Below, piece by piece: positions 4,503 to 12,499 of a stretch of DNA of 21,001 nucleotides. The notes beneath the pieces are model-generated. The model made no database searches. It was not told where the DNA came from and was given only the letters and a program-made list of their open reading frames with translations. The position numbers and the translations under genes are program-made. Origin of the DNA: a virus; the IMG/VR virus record IMGVR_UViG_3300005077_000011, positions 1 to 21,001 of that record; one strand, 5' to 3'. Numbering within the stretch: the stretch's first letter is position 1; every line of letters starts with the position of its first letter.

Positions 4503-4574
4503 TTGGTAAGACAGGATTTGAACCTGTGGCCTCTTCAATGTCAATGAAGCGTTCTTCCTCTGAACTACTCACCA
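4503..4574 (-). tRNA. tRNA-Val(GAC), first gene of the array
   Basis: CTTCA-TT-GAC-AT-TGAAG; TGGTGAG/CTTACCA acceptor. Confidence 0.93.
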
Positions 4575-4606
4575 GTTAGAGTATACTGTTATGTATACTC
4601 TATTAT

Positions 4607-4635
4607 ATTATATATTAACGAACCTTCTCTGCAAA
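4607..4635 (-). promoter_or_regulatory. Probable promoter of the tRNA array
   Basis: TTTGCA-17-TATAAT followed by a leader hairpin AGAGTATAC/GTATACTCT (about 4578-4601). Confidence 0.6.
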
Positions 4636-4992
4636 GTTCTCAGCCATTTTCTGATAACCTTGGGCCATTTTTAAGCTATACACTATTTCTCGTCGTACAA
4701 GAGCATAATATAATTCTGTTCCTAGTCGAGCAATCACATATTTGCCATTTACATTTCCAAACAATTCTTGATGAACATAAATATTACGTCCAAGAAATTG
4801 TTTCTTTATACTTCTAACAGTACTTCTAGTTTTAGAAGCTTCTACTTCAAGACTATAATCAAGATTTAATATTTCGGCAACTTCATGAATATCAAGTCCG
4901 TTACCTACATTTTGATATCTGCAGGCAGAACGAATTGCTGTTACTACGCGCTGTTGCATTGGATCTGCAACACAAATATTGGCTCTTCTCAT
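4615..4992 (-). CDS. Hypothetical protein, possible winged-HTH DNA-binding
   Basis: SD AGGAGG; LDIHEVAEIL...VRSIKK helix pattern followed by a beta hairpin (NGKYVI). Confidence 0.6.
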   Translation of the reverse strand: MRRANICVADPMQQRVVTAIRSACRYQNVGNGLDIHEVAEILNLDYSLEVEASKTRSTVRSIKKQFLGRNIYVHQELFGNVNGKYVIARLGTELYYALVRREIVYSLKMAQGYQKMAENFAEKVR

Positions 4993-5029
4993 ATATTCCT
5001 CCTATTGAGAAAAAATTTATACTGAGAAA

Positions 5030-5058
5030 ATTGTATCAGGAAAAAAGAAGATTGTAAA
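5030..5058 (-). promoter_or_regulatory. sigma70-like promoter with extended -10
   Basis: TTTACA-17-TACAAT with TGn. Confidence 0.7.
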
Positions 5059-5076
5059 TAGACAAAATATTATAGG

Positions 5077-5295
5077 TTATATGAGTTTATTCTCGATTTC
5101 AAGATAATAAGCTTTAAGAACAGCTTTTTCGAAGGTTTCTGCTTTATATCTACGACCAGTATTTATTTTAGGATTACCATACTTATCTATATCATAGACA
5201 TCTATAGAAGAAGAGCTCACAGGAGAAAATACACAATAAATGTGAAATTTACTTACTAACTTTCCTAGCTTGTCAGCATAAGAAGAATCATTCAT
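5077..5295 (-). CDS. Hypothetical protein (leaderless mRNA candidate)
   Basis: 72-aa ORF; ATG 7 nt after a TATAAT. Confidence 0.7.
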   Translation of the reverse strand: MNDSSYADKLGKLVSKFHIYCVFSPVSSSSIDVYDIDKYGNPKINTGRRYKAETFEKAVLKAYYLEIENKLI

Positions 5296-5302
5296 TATTG
5301 CT

Positions 5303-5331
5303 ATTATAAACTATTAAATGAAAAAAGTAAA
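5303..5331 (-). promoter_or_regulatory. sigma70-like promoter
   Basis: TTTACT-17-TATAAT. Confidence 0.7.
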
Positions 5332-5332
5332 A

Positions 5333-5557
5333 CTAGACTAGTTTTTGAAGTTCTAATTGAGACGGTATATTTTTTATGCCAACTTGTTTAGCCTCTCCTA
5401 CAATATTAGAATAATCTACATTTCGATTGTCGTGTTTATAAAAAGTTTGATCAGATTTTTTAAGATCTTTAAAATGATAAAAAAATGTACTAAAGGCGTC
5501 TTTAGTTAATTTAGTCTCAACAACAGTATTTTTTAAGGGCTCTGTGAATTTCTTCAT
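5333..5557 (-). CDS. Hypothetical protein
   Basis: 74-aa ORF; extended -10 TGTTATAAT 9 nt upstream, no SD. Confidence 0.65.
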   Translation of the reverse strand: MKKFTEPLKNTVVETKLTKDAFSTFFYHFKDLKKSDQTFYKHDNRNVDYSNIVGEAKQVGIKNIPSQLELQKLV

Positions 5558-5604
5558 AGTACTACTATTATAACATATTACAATAGAGTATAGAAGGAGC
5601 AGTT

Positions 5605-5952
5605 ATGACAACACATCAACAGTTTGAGAAAGACTTTGAAGAGTTTATATCTTCAATGCAAAATATCCTCGTAAAAAAGAACCATGATTATACAGGAGAA
5701 AATCAAGATCCACTTTTTAACTTTAGAAGAGCTGAAAACATGGGCATTCCTGCTTGGAAGGGAGCAATGATTCGTTTTTCAGACAAGGTGTCTCGCCTAG
5801 AGACTTTTGCTAAAAAGGGAGAACTCAAAGTTGAAGATGAAAACTTTTTAGATACATTACGTGATGCAGCAAACTATTTATTCTTAATAGGAGAGCTGTA
5901 TAAGGAGTCAAAATATGGGAAAAATAGTAAAAGCCTTGAGAGTAGCAGTTGA
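5605..5952 (+). CDS. Nucleotide-modification-associated domain 1 (DUF1599/Nmad1)-like protein
   Basis: KKNHDY...DPLFNF...IRFSDKVSRL...ENFLDTLRDAANY; SD AAGGAG. Confidence 0.8.
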   Translation: MTTHQQFEKDFEEFISSMQNILVKKNHDYTGENQDPLFNFRRAENMGIPAWKGAMIRFSDKVSRLETFAKKGELKVEDENFLDTLRDAANYLFLIGELYKESKYGKNSKSLESSS

Positions 5953-6370
5953 TCTTCAATCTCTTATTGATAAAAAGCTTACAAAAGATACAAAAAATTT
6001 ATTACATTTTGGAGCATGGAAAGGTGCATTAGGAACAGTTTCTGTTTTATCAGAAGTTTTTGACTTATATCTTATTGTTCCAAATGAACATTTAAATGAA
6101 GAAGAAGTATTACGCTGGCTAAAGGCAGCTCAAATTAATGCTTCTTTTAGAAAGTTTTTTATTAATGATGAAAAGATACGAGATACAATATTAATGTCGA
6201 GTATTAATGTTACAATAACATCAGCAACAGATTTAGCAAACACTTTAAAAGATGTCTCTAAAGTTTATTTGCTTCAAAAGAAACACGACAATAATATTTG
6301 TGATGGAATACTAAAAGTTTCTCAATGGAGAGAAATCATAAAAGATATTTCATTCTTTTCAACAGAATAA
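5915..6370 (+). CDS. Degenerate HAD-fold 5'(3')-nucleotidase-like protein
   Basis: RVAVDLQSLI (DxD reduced to DxQ), C-terminal KVSQWREI. Confidence 0.5.
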   Translation: MGKIVKALRVAVDLQSLIDKKLTKDTKNLLHFGAWKGALGTVSVLSEVFDLYLIVPNEHLNEEEVLRWLKAAQINASFRKFFINDEKIRDTILMSSINVTITSATDLANTLKDVSKVYLLQKKHDNNICDGILKVSQWREIIKDISFFSTE

Positions 6371-6371
6371 T

Positions 6372-8051
6372 ATGGAAATAAATTTTACAAAATTGTTTAC
6401 AAAATTGTTTACAAAAGCTCAAAAAGCTCAGTACGTAGTGACAAATGATCCTCGCTCTAAGGAATTAGGACAACCTATTCCAGCTCAATACTCTCCAGAG
6501 ATTAGAACTCGTTTGTATAAAACTCCTATTGTCTTCATGGCAATTAATACAATCGCAGATCAAATTGCAAAAGTGGATTGGGAAATAGTTCCTAAAAAAT
6601 CTATCTTAGAAACTTTTGGTTATGGACAAAGAGAAGGTAAATCAGTTGCAGTCTTAACAAGAAAAGAATGGGGACAGTTTACTAGAAAATATACAGGGAC
6701 AGATCGACAAAATATTTCTTCTCAAGTAAAAAGCCATATACAAAAGATTTATGATTTACTTCAAGATCCTAATGAAAATCAAGAAAATTTTTCTGCAATA
6801 ATAAAGAAAATAGCAATAGATCTTAAAATACATGATGCTGCAGGTATAGAAAAAACTCGAAATGGTCTTAATGAAATAGCAGAAATATATACAGTGCCAG
6901 GCCCATATATTAGAATGAATTATGATAAAAATGGAAAATTATTAGATCCAGCTTATTATCAACAAGATCCAAAATTTAATACAAGCAAAGTAGCAGAGTG
7001 GAATAAAGATGAGCTTATTTACTTTATGCTTAATCCTATATCTACTTCAATGTATGGTGTTTCTCCAATTGACGTAATTGCTCAAACAGTGGCTACGCTA
7101 ATAAATGCTCTTAATTATAACGGCACTTATTTTGAGTCTGCTGCTCTTCCAGAAGGATATTTTTCAATTCCTAATTTGTCAGAACAAGCTGCAAGAAGAT
7201 TAATGCAAAAATGGGAACAAGAAATTAAATCTAAAGCTCATAAAGTATTATTTATGCCAGAAGGAGCTACTTGGCATCAGTTTAGATTTTCTAACGTTGA
7301 AATGCAATGGCTTCAAGGACAGAAGTTTTATATGGAACTTGTTATGGCTGTTCTTGGTGTTACAAAACACGAATTAGGATTCACAGAAGATGTTAATAGG
7401 GCAACTGCGGATAATCAATCATTTGTATTTAAGAATAAATCTCTTCTTCCAATTCTTGGCTTAATTGCAGATAAAATTAATCAAGAGCTTATAGGAAAAT
7501 CTGGATTTGAATATGATGATGTGATGTTTGTCTTTAAAAATGTTGATCTTGCTGATAAAGAAACAATGGACAAAATTCATGATCGAGCAATCAAATCAGG
7601 AAGAATGACAATTAATGAAGCGCGAGAAGAAGCAGGCCATCGTCCTTATCCTGATTTTGGAGATGAGCCTGTCATTGCAACATCACAAGGTTTAGTGTTT
7701 TTACAGCAATATGATATGCAATTTAAAGAATATCAAGAAGAACAAGCTTGGCTTAAAGCAGAAGCTGCTAAGCAAAAAATTCCAGTAGCTGAATTGCGAA
7801 GACGAAATTCTGCAACAAAAGCAAATGAAAAACAACAACCTAATTCTCCAAACAATCCGAAAAGTCCACCAAAAGCTCCAGGCGCCGATGAACAGCCAAA
7901 CGTGGATGAAAGTAAGCCAAAAGAGAAAAGCTTTACAACTGTTGATGGGCTTAAACAGCTTGCAGAAACAATTGAAACAGCTTTAAAAGAAAATGACAAA
8001 CAGACAGAAGCTTCAAAAGACATTGGATCTAATAAAACAATTTCTCATTAA
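6372..8051 (+). CDS. Phage portal protein (HK97 family)
   Basis: VFMAINTIADQIAKVDW, YGVSPI, YFESAALPEG, VLGVTKHELG, NRATA, GRMTINEARE. Confidence 0.95.
   Translation: MEINFTKLFTKLFTKAQKAQYVVTNDPRSKELGQPIPAQYSPEIRTRLYKTPIVFMAINTIADQIAKVDWEIVPKKSILETFGYGQREGKSVAVLTRKEWGQFTRKYTGTDRQNISSQVKSHIQKIYDLLQDPNENQENFSAIIKKIAIDLKIHDAAGIEKTRNGLNEIAEIYTVPGPYIRMNYDKNGKLLDPAYYQQDPKFNTSKVAEWNKDELIYFMLNPISTSMYGVSPIDVIAQTVATLINALNYNGTYFESAALPEGYFSIPNLSEQAARRLMQKWEQEIKSKAHKVLFMPEGATWHQFRFSNVEMQWLQGQKFYMELVMAVLGVTKHELGFTEDVNRATADNQSFVFKNKSLLPILGLIADKINQELIGKSGFEYDDVMFVFKNVDLADKETMDKIHDRAIKSGRMTINEAREEAGHRPYPDFGDEPVIATSQGLVFLQQYDMQFKEYQEEQAWLKAEAAKQKIPVAELRRRNSATKANEKQQPNSPNNPKSPPKAPGADEQPNVDESKPKEKSFTTVDGLKQLAETIETALKENDKQTEASKDIGSNKTISH
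6384..6430 (+). repeat. In-frame tandem repeats at the portal 5' end
   Basis: TTTACAAAATTG x2.75 (FTKL-FTKL-FTK), then AAAAGCTCA x2. Confidence 0.85.
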
Positions 8052-8781
8052 AGAGAAACGAAAATATTGGATAACGCCAAAAGATAAAAGATATAGTCGA
8101 ATTGTAAATAAATACAAATCTCGACTTTCTTCTTTATGGACAAAAACACGTGATTCTTATCTTCATAAGTTTACTTCTAAACAAATAACAGAGTTAGATG
8201 ATAATCCAGAACAATATGATAAACCTCAGTTTGATTCTTCAGAATATATAGATGCTGCTTTATTAATTTTAGCAGAAGCTTTTGGAGAAGCTGTTATTAT
8301 TGGTTTTAAAGAAATTCAGAATAGAGGCATTTCAATTAAAATTCCAGAAAATCTTCATAAACTATTTAATAGTGCAAAAGAAATCAAAAATTATGAATGG
8401 GCAGCTTTATCTTATGAACAAAAACAAATGGATGATATTTTCAATGAATATAATAAAACTACGAACGGAAAAGAAGAAATTCAAAAATGGTTTGATAATA
8501 ATGAATATCGTTTAACAGATTTAATTATTGGTGGATTAGTATGGTACGGAATTCAATATGGGTTTGCTCAAGCAATTATAGAGGCTCAGAGCGGTGCTCC
8601 AGGAAGTAAAATATTAGCTTTTTGGATTACTGAACAAGATAATAAAGTGTGCAGTGACTGTTCTAATCTTGAAAAAAACAGTCCATATTCAGAAGAGAAT
8701 CCTTTGCCTACTTTACCAGGTGGAGGAAAAACAATTTGTGGAAGCAAATGCAGATGTATTATAGATTATAAACAAGAATAA
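7993..8781 (+). CDS. Head morphogenesis / minor capsid protein (SPP1 gp7/MuF-like)
   Basis: WITEQDNKVCSDC...LPGGGKTICGSKCRC; follows the portal. Confidence 0.8.
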   Translation: MTNRQKLQKTLDLIKQFLIKEKRKYWITPKDKRYSRIVNKYKSRLSSLWTKTRDSYLHKFTSKQITELDDNPEQYDKPQFDSSEYIDAALLILAEAFGEAVIIGFKEIQNRGISIKIPENLHKLFNSAKEIKNYEWAALSYEQKQMDDIFNEYNKTTNGKEEIQKWFDNNEYRLTDLIIGGLVWYGIQYGFAQAIIEAQSGAPGSKILAFWITEQDNKVCSDCSNLEKNSPYSEENPLPTLPGGGKTICGSKCRCIIDYKQE

Positions 8782-8783
8782 TT

Positions 8784-9068
8784 ATGGACTTAATATCTTA
8801 TATAAACCCTATTGTTGCCATAATATCCTATGGTTTAGGATTTTTAAGCGGATATATAATTCATCGCTTTATTGAAAAAACAGAAGAAAAGGACAACAGT
8901 ACTTTTGTGTTAATTATAGTGACTTTAATATGGGCAATTTCTATGATAGTAGATATAGTTAGTCCAACGTATGAAACTTCACCATTACTTCATGGATTAA
9001 TGGGAGCTATTGTTGGTTTCTATTATAAGAAAGGCATTTCTTATGACAAAACATCTAAAACAAGTTAA
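8784..9068 (+). CDS. Small multi-TM membrane protein (holin-like)
   Basis: Three hydrophobic segments and a basic tail. Confidence 0.6.
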   Translation: MDLISYINPIVAIISYGLGFLSGYIIHRFIEKTEEKDNSTFVLIIVTLIWAISMIVDIVSPTYETSPLLHGLMGAIVGFYYKKGISYDKTSKTS

Positions 9069-9501
9069 GGATAAATTTCCTTACATGATATTTTTTAGCC
9101 TTCTTTTTATGATATTAGGCTGGTTTATTCCTTATATGTACTATAAATATATTGATAAAAGAATTTATTTTTATTATTATTCTGTAAATACGACTCGTCA
9201 AGAATATAAATTATGTGATATTGCAACTATACATATTTATCGATATTCTGAAATAAACTCACATGGGACTATAAGCTTACAATTACTTGAAAAAGATGAT
9301 CACAGAATAGTTCACCAACATATTTCTTTTGAAGTTCCAATTACTTCAGGATCTAAAGAGTTTGATGATTCTACTTTCAGATTACCGTGCGATGGTCTCA
9401 AACCGGGAATATATTTTTATGAAGGTAGTCTTAAATACTATGTTAGCGGAGTGCCTAGAACAGCAAATTTTATAACAAATTATTTCAATATAACAAATTA
9501 A
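9043..9501 (+). CDS. N-terminally membrane-anchored beta-sandwich protein
   Basis: Single TM, then beta-rich domain ending LPCDGLKPGIYFYEG; in-frame ATG at 9043 preferred over 9010. Confidence 0.65.
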   Translation: MTKHLKQVKDKFPYMIFFSLLFMILGWFIPYMYYKYIDKRIYFYYYSVNTTRQEYKLCDIATIHIYRYSEINSHGTISLQLLEKDDHRIVHQHISFEVPITSGSKEFDDSTFRLPCDGLKPGIYFYEGSLKYYVSGVPRTANFITNYFNITN

Positions 9502-9513
9502 TAAGGAGCAAAT

Positions 9514-9861
9514 ATGAATTTTGGTAGAGGTATAAGCCCACAAGATTATAGTATCTTGAATGAACTTTTAACTCATTATTCAAAAGATGAAGTAAAAATT
9601 GATTTTGATATAACTCAAGAGCCTTGTATTTTTTATAATTATTATGGCTCTTGGAATTTAGTGTATAAACTTAGTAAAGATGGTTCTTATACAAAGAATA
9701 GATGGTCCTATGTTCATGATATACACAATGCAATTATAAGTTTTATAAAAGAACAAAAGAAGGTTACATATGAGCAAGAAAAAAAATATCAAGAAAGTTT
9801 CAAAAAAAAGCGTAAAGAGCTTAGCACAGGCAAGTTTAAAGAAGATTTGCCAGAATATTAA
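9514..9861 (+). CDS. Hypothetical protein
   Basis: SD AAGGAG, 115 aa. Confidence 0.75.
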   Translation: MNFGRGISPQDYSILNELLTHYSKDEVKIDFDITQEPCIFYNYYGSWNLVYKLSKDGSYTKNRWSYVHDIHNAIISFIKEQKKVTYEQEKKYQESFKKKRKELSTGKFKEDLPEY

Positions 9862-9873
9862 GGAGAAAATAAT

Positions 9874-10080
9874 ATGGACAAAGGAGAAGATACACAAGAA
9901 GTTTATGCTTTTAAATCAGAAATCTTAGGAGTTGATTCTGCAGATTTTCTTATGGAAGATGCAACATTTATTCGTATACAAGTAATGGTCAGAGGAAGAA
10001 TAAAAAAAGTTCCTACTGATTTAATAGAAAATGTAGCAAAATTAATTCGGGAGTATGAGTTAAATAAAAAGGTGGTTTAG
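9874..10080 (+). CDS. Hypothetical protein
   Basis: SD AAGGAG, 68 aa. Confidence 0.75.
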   Translation: MDKGEDTQEVYAFKSEILGVDSADFLMEDATFIRIQVMVRGRIKKVPTDLIENVAKLIREYELNKKVV

Positions 10081-10081
10081 T

Positions 10082-10273
10082 ATGATAGCAAATAGAAAAT
10101 CAAATGCGGCTATGGCAGAGTTGTTAGAATTAAGAAGAATTCAACAAGATCAAGTTCGACAAGCACTTGATGCTGAAACTGAACAAAGTCAGCAAAATTT
10201 TAGAGACAGAGTACAAGCAGCTAGACACGATCCGTCATTAAACTTAGATATTGAAGATGAAAACAAAGATTAA
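10082..10273 (+). CDS. Hypothetical helical protein
   Basis: SD-like AAGGTGG; tightly packed with neighbours. Confidence 0.7.
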   Translation: MIANRKSNAAMAELLELRRIQQDQVRQALDAETEQSQQNFRDRVQAARHDPSLNLDIEDENKD

Positions 10274-10424
10274 AAAAGAGCTAAAAAATATTGAAATCTT
10301 ACCAAAGAATGAAGAAACTCAAGAGATTGATTTAGGAACCCGTTGGCCAAAAAAAATAGGACGCGCGAATAAACCAAATGATGACGGAAAGATACGAGAT
10401 GCTAATGGAAACGTATTAGGATAG
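10257..10424 (+). CDS. Hypothetical 55-aa protein (not in ORF track)
   Basis: MKTKIKKELKNIEILPK...GKIRDANGNVLG* fills the gap between neighbours. Confidence 0.65.
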   Translation: MKTKIKKELKNIEILPKNEETQEIDLGTRWPKKIGRANKPNDDGKIRDANGNVLG

Positions 10425-10426
10425 AT

Positions 10427-10618
10427 ATGATAGTAGAAATAAAAACAAATAAAACTTTAGATCCTAGACAAAGTGTTGTTATAATTAATGGTGTAGAGTA
10501 CAAAAATATTGAAAGTCTACAGCTTCGTCTGATAAAAGATGGGCGAGGAGAACTAACTATACAACATAGCTCTGGGTATTTAGAGGCTTACAAAGCAGAG
10601 GTGAACAATGATATATGA
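10427..10618 (+). CDS. Hypothetical beta-rich protein
   Basis: 63 aa; ATGA overlap with the protease gene. Confidence 0.7.
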   Translation: MIVEIKTNKTLDPRQSVVIINGVEYKNIESLQLRLIKDGRGELTIQHSSGYLEAYKAEVNNDI

Positions 10619-11646
10619 ACTATAACACATTCAAATTTTATACAAACACTTTAAAAGCTGTTAAAAGTGATGATAATTCTCGATACATTGTTGGTATTGC
10701 TTCTTCAACAGCTCTTGATCGTGATGGAGATAGAATGTCCGAAGCTGCTCTTCAAACAATGAAATCAACAGCAGAAGCAAATCTTACAATCTTTACAAAT
10801 CATGAATACAAAGTACCAGATGATCTTTTTGGATCTTGTACAGAAGCATTAATTAAAGCTAAAAAAGACGAACAACCTATTGTTGTTAAGAGCGAAGATA
10901 ATATGACAGAAATTGCTACTTTTAGTCCTCAAAATATGGAGATTAAAATTAAAGTCGTTTCTGATGCTGTTAATCCAAAAGCAGGACAAATATATAAAGC
11001 TATTGAAGAAGGTGTCAATTTAGGATTTTCAATAGGAGGAGTTGTACGAAAAGCAGTTAAGGTATTTGATGATGTAGCAAAAAAAGCTTATAATCTTATT
11101 GATGCTATTGAATTGTACGAAATATCGATCGTCTCAATTCCGGCAAATCCAGATGCTATGAATCTCGCAATTGCAAAATCACTTAAAACAGACAAAGACG
11201 AAAAAGTCAATAAAGAAGAAATTGTTGAAATTGTCAAGAAAATTGAAAATGCTCAACCAAAAGAAGTAGAATATACCCTTGAAGGCACTCATAATTTTTT
11301 GCTTGGAGTTCTTAAAGGAATGTATGATGAAACTTATGGAGCAGAACCAAACAAACTAACTCAAGAACAGATGGATGAAATAGAAGAAGAAGATATGCAG
11401 AGAGCAAAAGCACAAGCAGAAAATATTCTTATGTGTAATGGTATTGCAGTAAAAGTTGATGAAACAGATGATCACGTAATTCATCTTAGATCTCATTCTT
11501 ATTGTATGCAAGACTGCATGTCAATGGGCAAAGATGTAACAACACACGCAAATCATATTCAAAATCATCTTAAAAAATTAAAAAAAGAAATTGCAGAAGA
11601 TGAAGCCACAGAAGACACTGCAAATATGGGAAAAGTAAGCATATGA
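10615..11646 (+). CDS. HK97-type prohead protease with C-terminal His-rich extension
   Basis: GIASSTALDRDGDRM, FTNHE, GFSIGG, LYEISIVSIPANPDA. Confidence 0.93.
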   Translation: MNYNTFKFYTNTLKAVKSDDNSRYIVGIASSTALDRDGDRMSEAALQTMKSTAEANLTIFTNHEYKVPDDLFGSCTEALIKAKKDEQPIVVKSEDNMTEIATFSPQNMEIKIKVVSDAVNPKAGQIYKAIEEGVNLGFSIGGVVRKAVKVFDDVAKKAYNLIDAIELYEISIVSIPANPDAMNLAIAKSLKTDKDEKVNKEEIVEIVKKIENAQPKEVEYTLEGTHNFLLGVLKGMYDETYGAEPNKLTQEQMDEIEEEDMQRAKAQAENILMCNGIAVKVDETDDHVIHLRSHSYCMQDCMSMGKDVTTHANHIQNHLKKLKKEIAEDEATEDTANMGKVSI

Positions 11647-11870
11647 TTGAACTAGATATAATTAAAACAGAAGAAAATTTCTTTAATATAGGAGATCCTC
11701 TTCCTGTTAGTCCAACCCATAATCATGATATGCATATAGAGTCTCATCAAAAAATGCTAGACAGATTACTCAAAGAAGAAGAATCAGGATTTAGAAATCA
11801 GAAGATACTAGTTCTTGCGGGACATATTGATGTTCATAAAGTATACAAAGAGCGGCAATCAAATAAATAA
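11643..11870 (+). CDS. Stand-alone His-rich domain protein, paralog of the protease C-terminus
   Basis: HxxHxxSH...HIxxH motif shared with the upstream protein. Confidence 0.75.
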   Translation: MIELDIIKTEENFFNIGDPLPVSPTHNHDMHIESHQKMLDRLLKEEESGFRNQKILVLAGHIDVHKVYKERQSNK

Positions 11871-11874
11871 TATT

Positions 11875-11904
11875 TTGAAAAATATTTAAAAAAGTTAATA
11901 TAAT
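11875..11904 (+). promoter_or_regulatory. Probable promoter for the scaffold-capsid-glycosyltransferase unit
   Basis: TTGAAA-18-TATAAT followed by SD GGAGGTGA. Confidence 0.55.
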
Positions 11905-11928
11905 AATATTAGGGAGGTGAATTAAACT

Positions 11929-12384
11929 ATGAAAACAAACGAAGAAGTATTAAAAGACGTTAAAGAAACGCTTGATGCTATTGACGCATTAAAAACTGCT
12001 GCAACAGAAAAGAAAGAAGAGAAAGTTGAAGAAAAAAAAGAAGTAGTAGAAGAGAAAAAAGAAGAAGTTGTAGAGGAAAAGAAAGAAGAAGTTGAAGCAG
12101 TTGTTGAAGACGAAAAAGAAGAGGTCAAACCAGAAGAGGAAAAAGAAGAAGTGAAAGAAGAGGAAAAAGTCGAAGAAAAGAGTGTTGACCTTACTGAAGT
12201 CTTAAACGGAATTAAAGATATTGCTGCAGTCGTTGGAAAACTTTCTGAAGATGTAGAAGCTCTTAAAGCTGCAAAAACAGCAAAAAAGAGTGTTGTAGTT
12301 GAAGACGAAAAAATAGAACAGAAGAAAGAAATGACTGAAGAAGAAAAGCTTAGAAAACAAGCTCAAATAATCTTTGGAAAATAA
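11929..12384 (+). CDS. Acidic capsid scaffolding protein
   Basis: E/K/V low-complexity repeats, coiled coil, position directly before the capsid gene. Confidence 0.75.
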   Translation: MKTNEEVLKDVKETLDAIDALKTAATEKKEEKVEEKKEVVEEKKEEVVEEKKEEVEAVVEDEKEEVKPEEEKEEVKEEEKVEEKSVDLTEVLNGIKDIAAVVGKLSEDVEALKAAKTAKKSVVVEDEKIEQKKEMTEEEKLRKQAQIIFGK

Positions 12385-12392
12385 AAAACAAA

Positions 12393-12452
12393 AGCCGCTT
12401 ATCTGCGGCTGCTAGAGAATATAAATTCTTTAGCACTTGCAGATAACTGCAA
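12393..12452 (+). promoter_or_regulatory. Three-hairpin structure in the capsid 5' leader
   Basis: AGCCGC/GCGGCT, GCTAGAGAAT/ATTCTTTAGC, TTGCAG/CTGCAA. Confidence 0.6.
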
Positions 12453-12499
12453 TAGAAAATAAGAAAATATTCACATAAATGAGGAGGTGAAAAAATAAT

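Noticed and set aside
12010-12180. GAA/AAA-rich repeats as a DNA repeat element or CRISPR
   Set aside because: They are codons of the E/K-rich scaffold; no repeat-spacer array exists in the window
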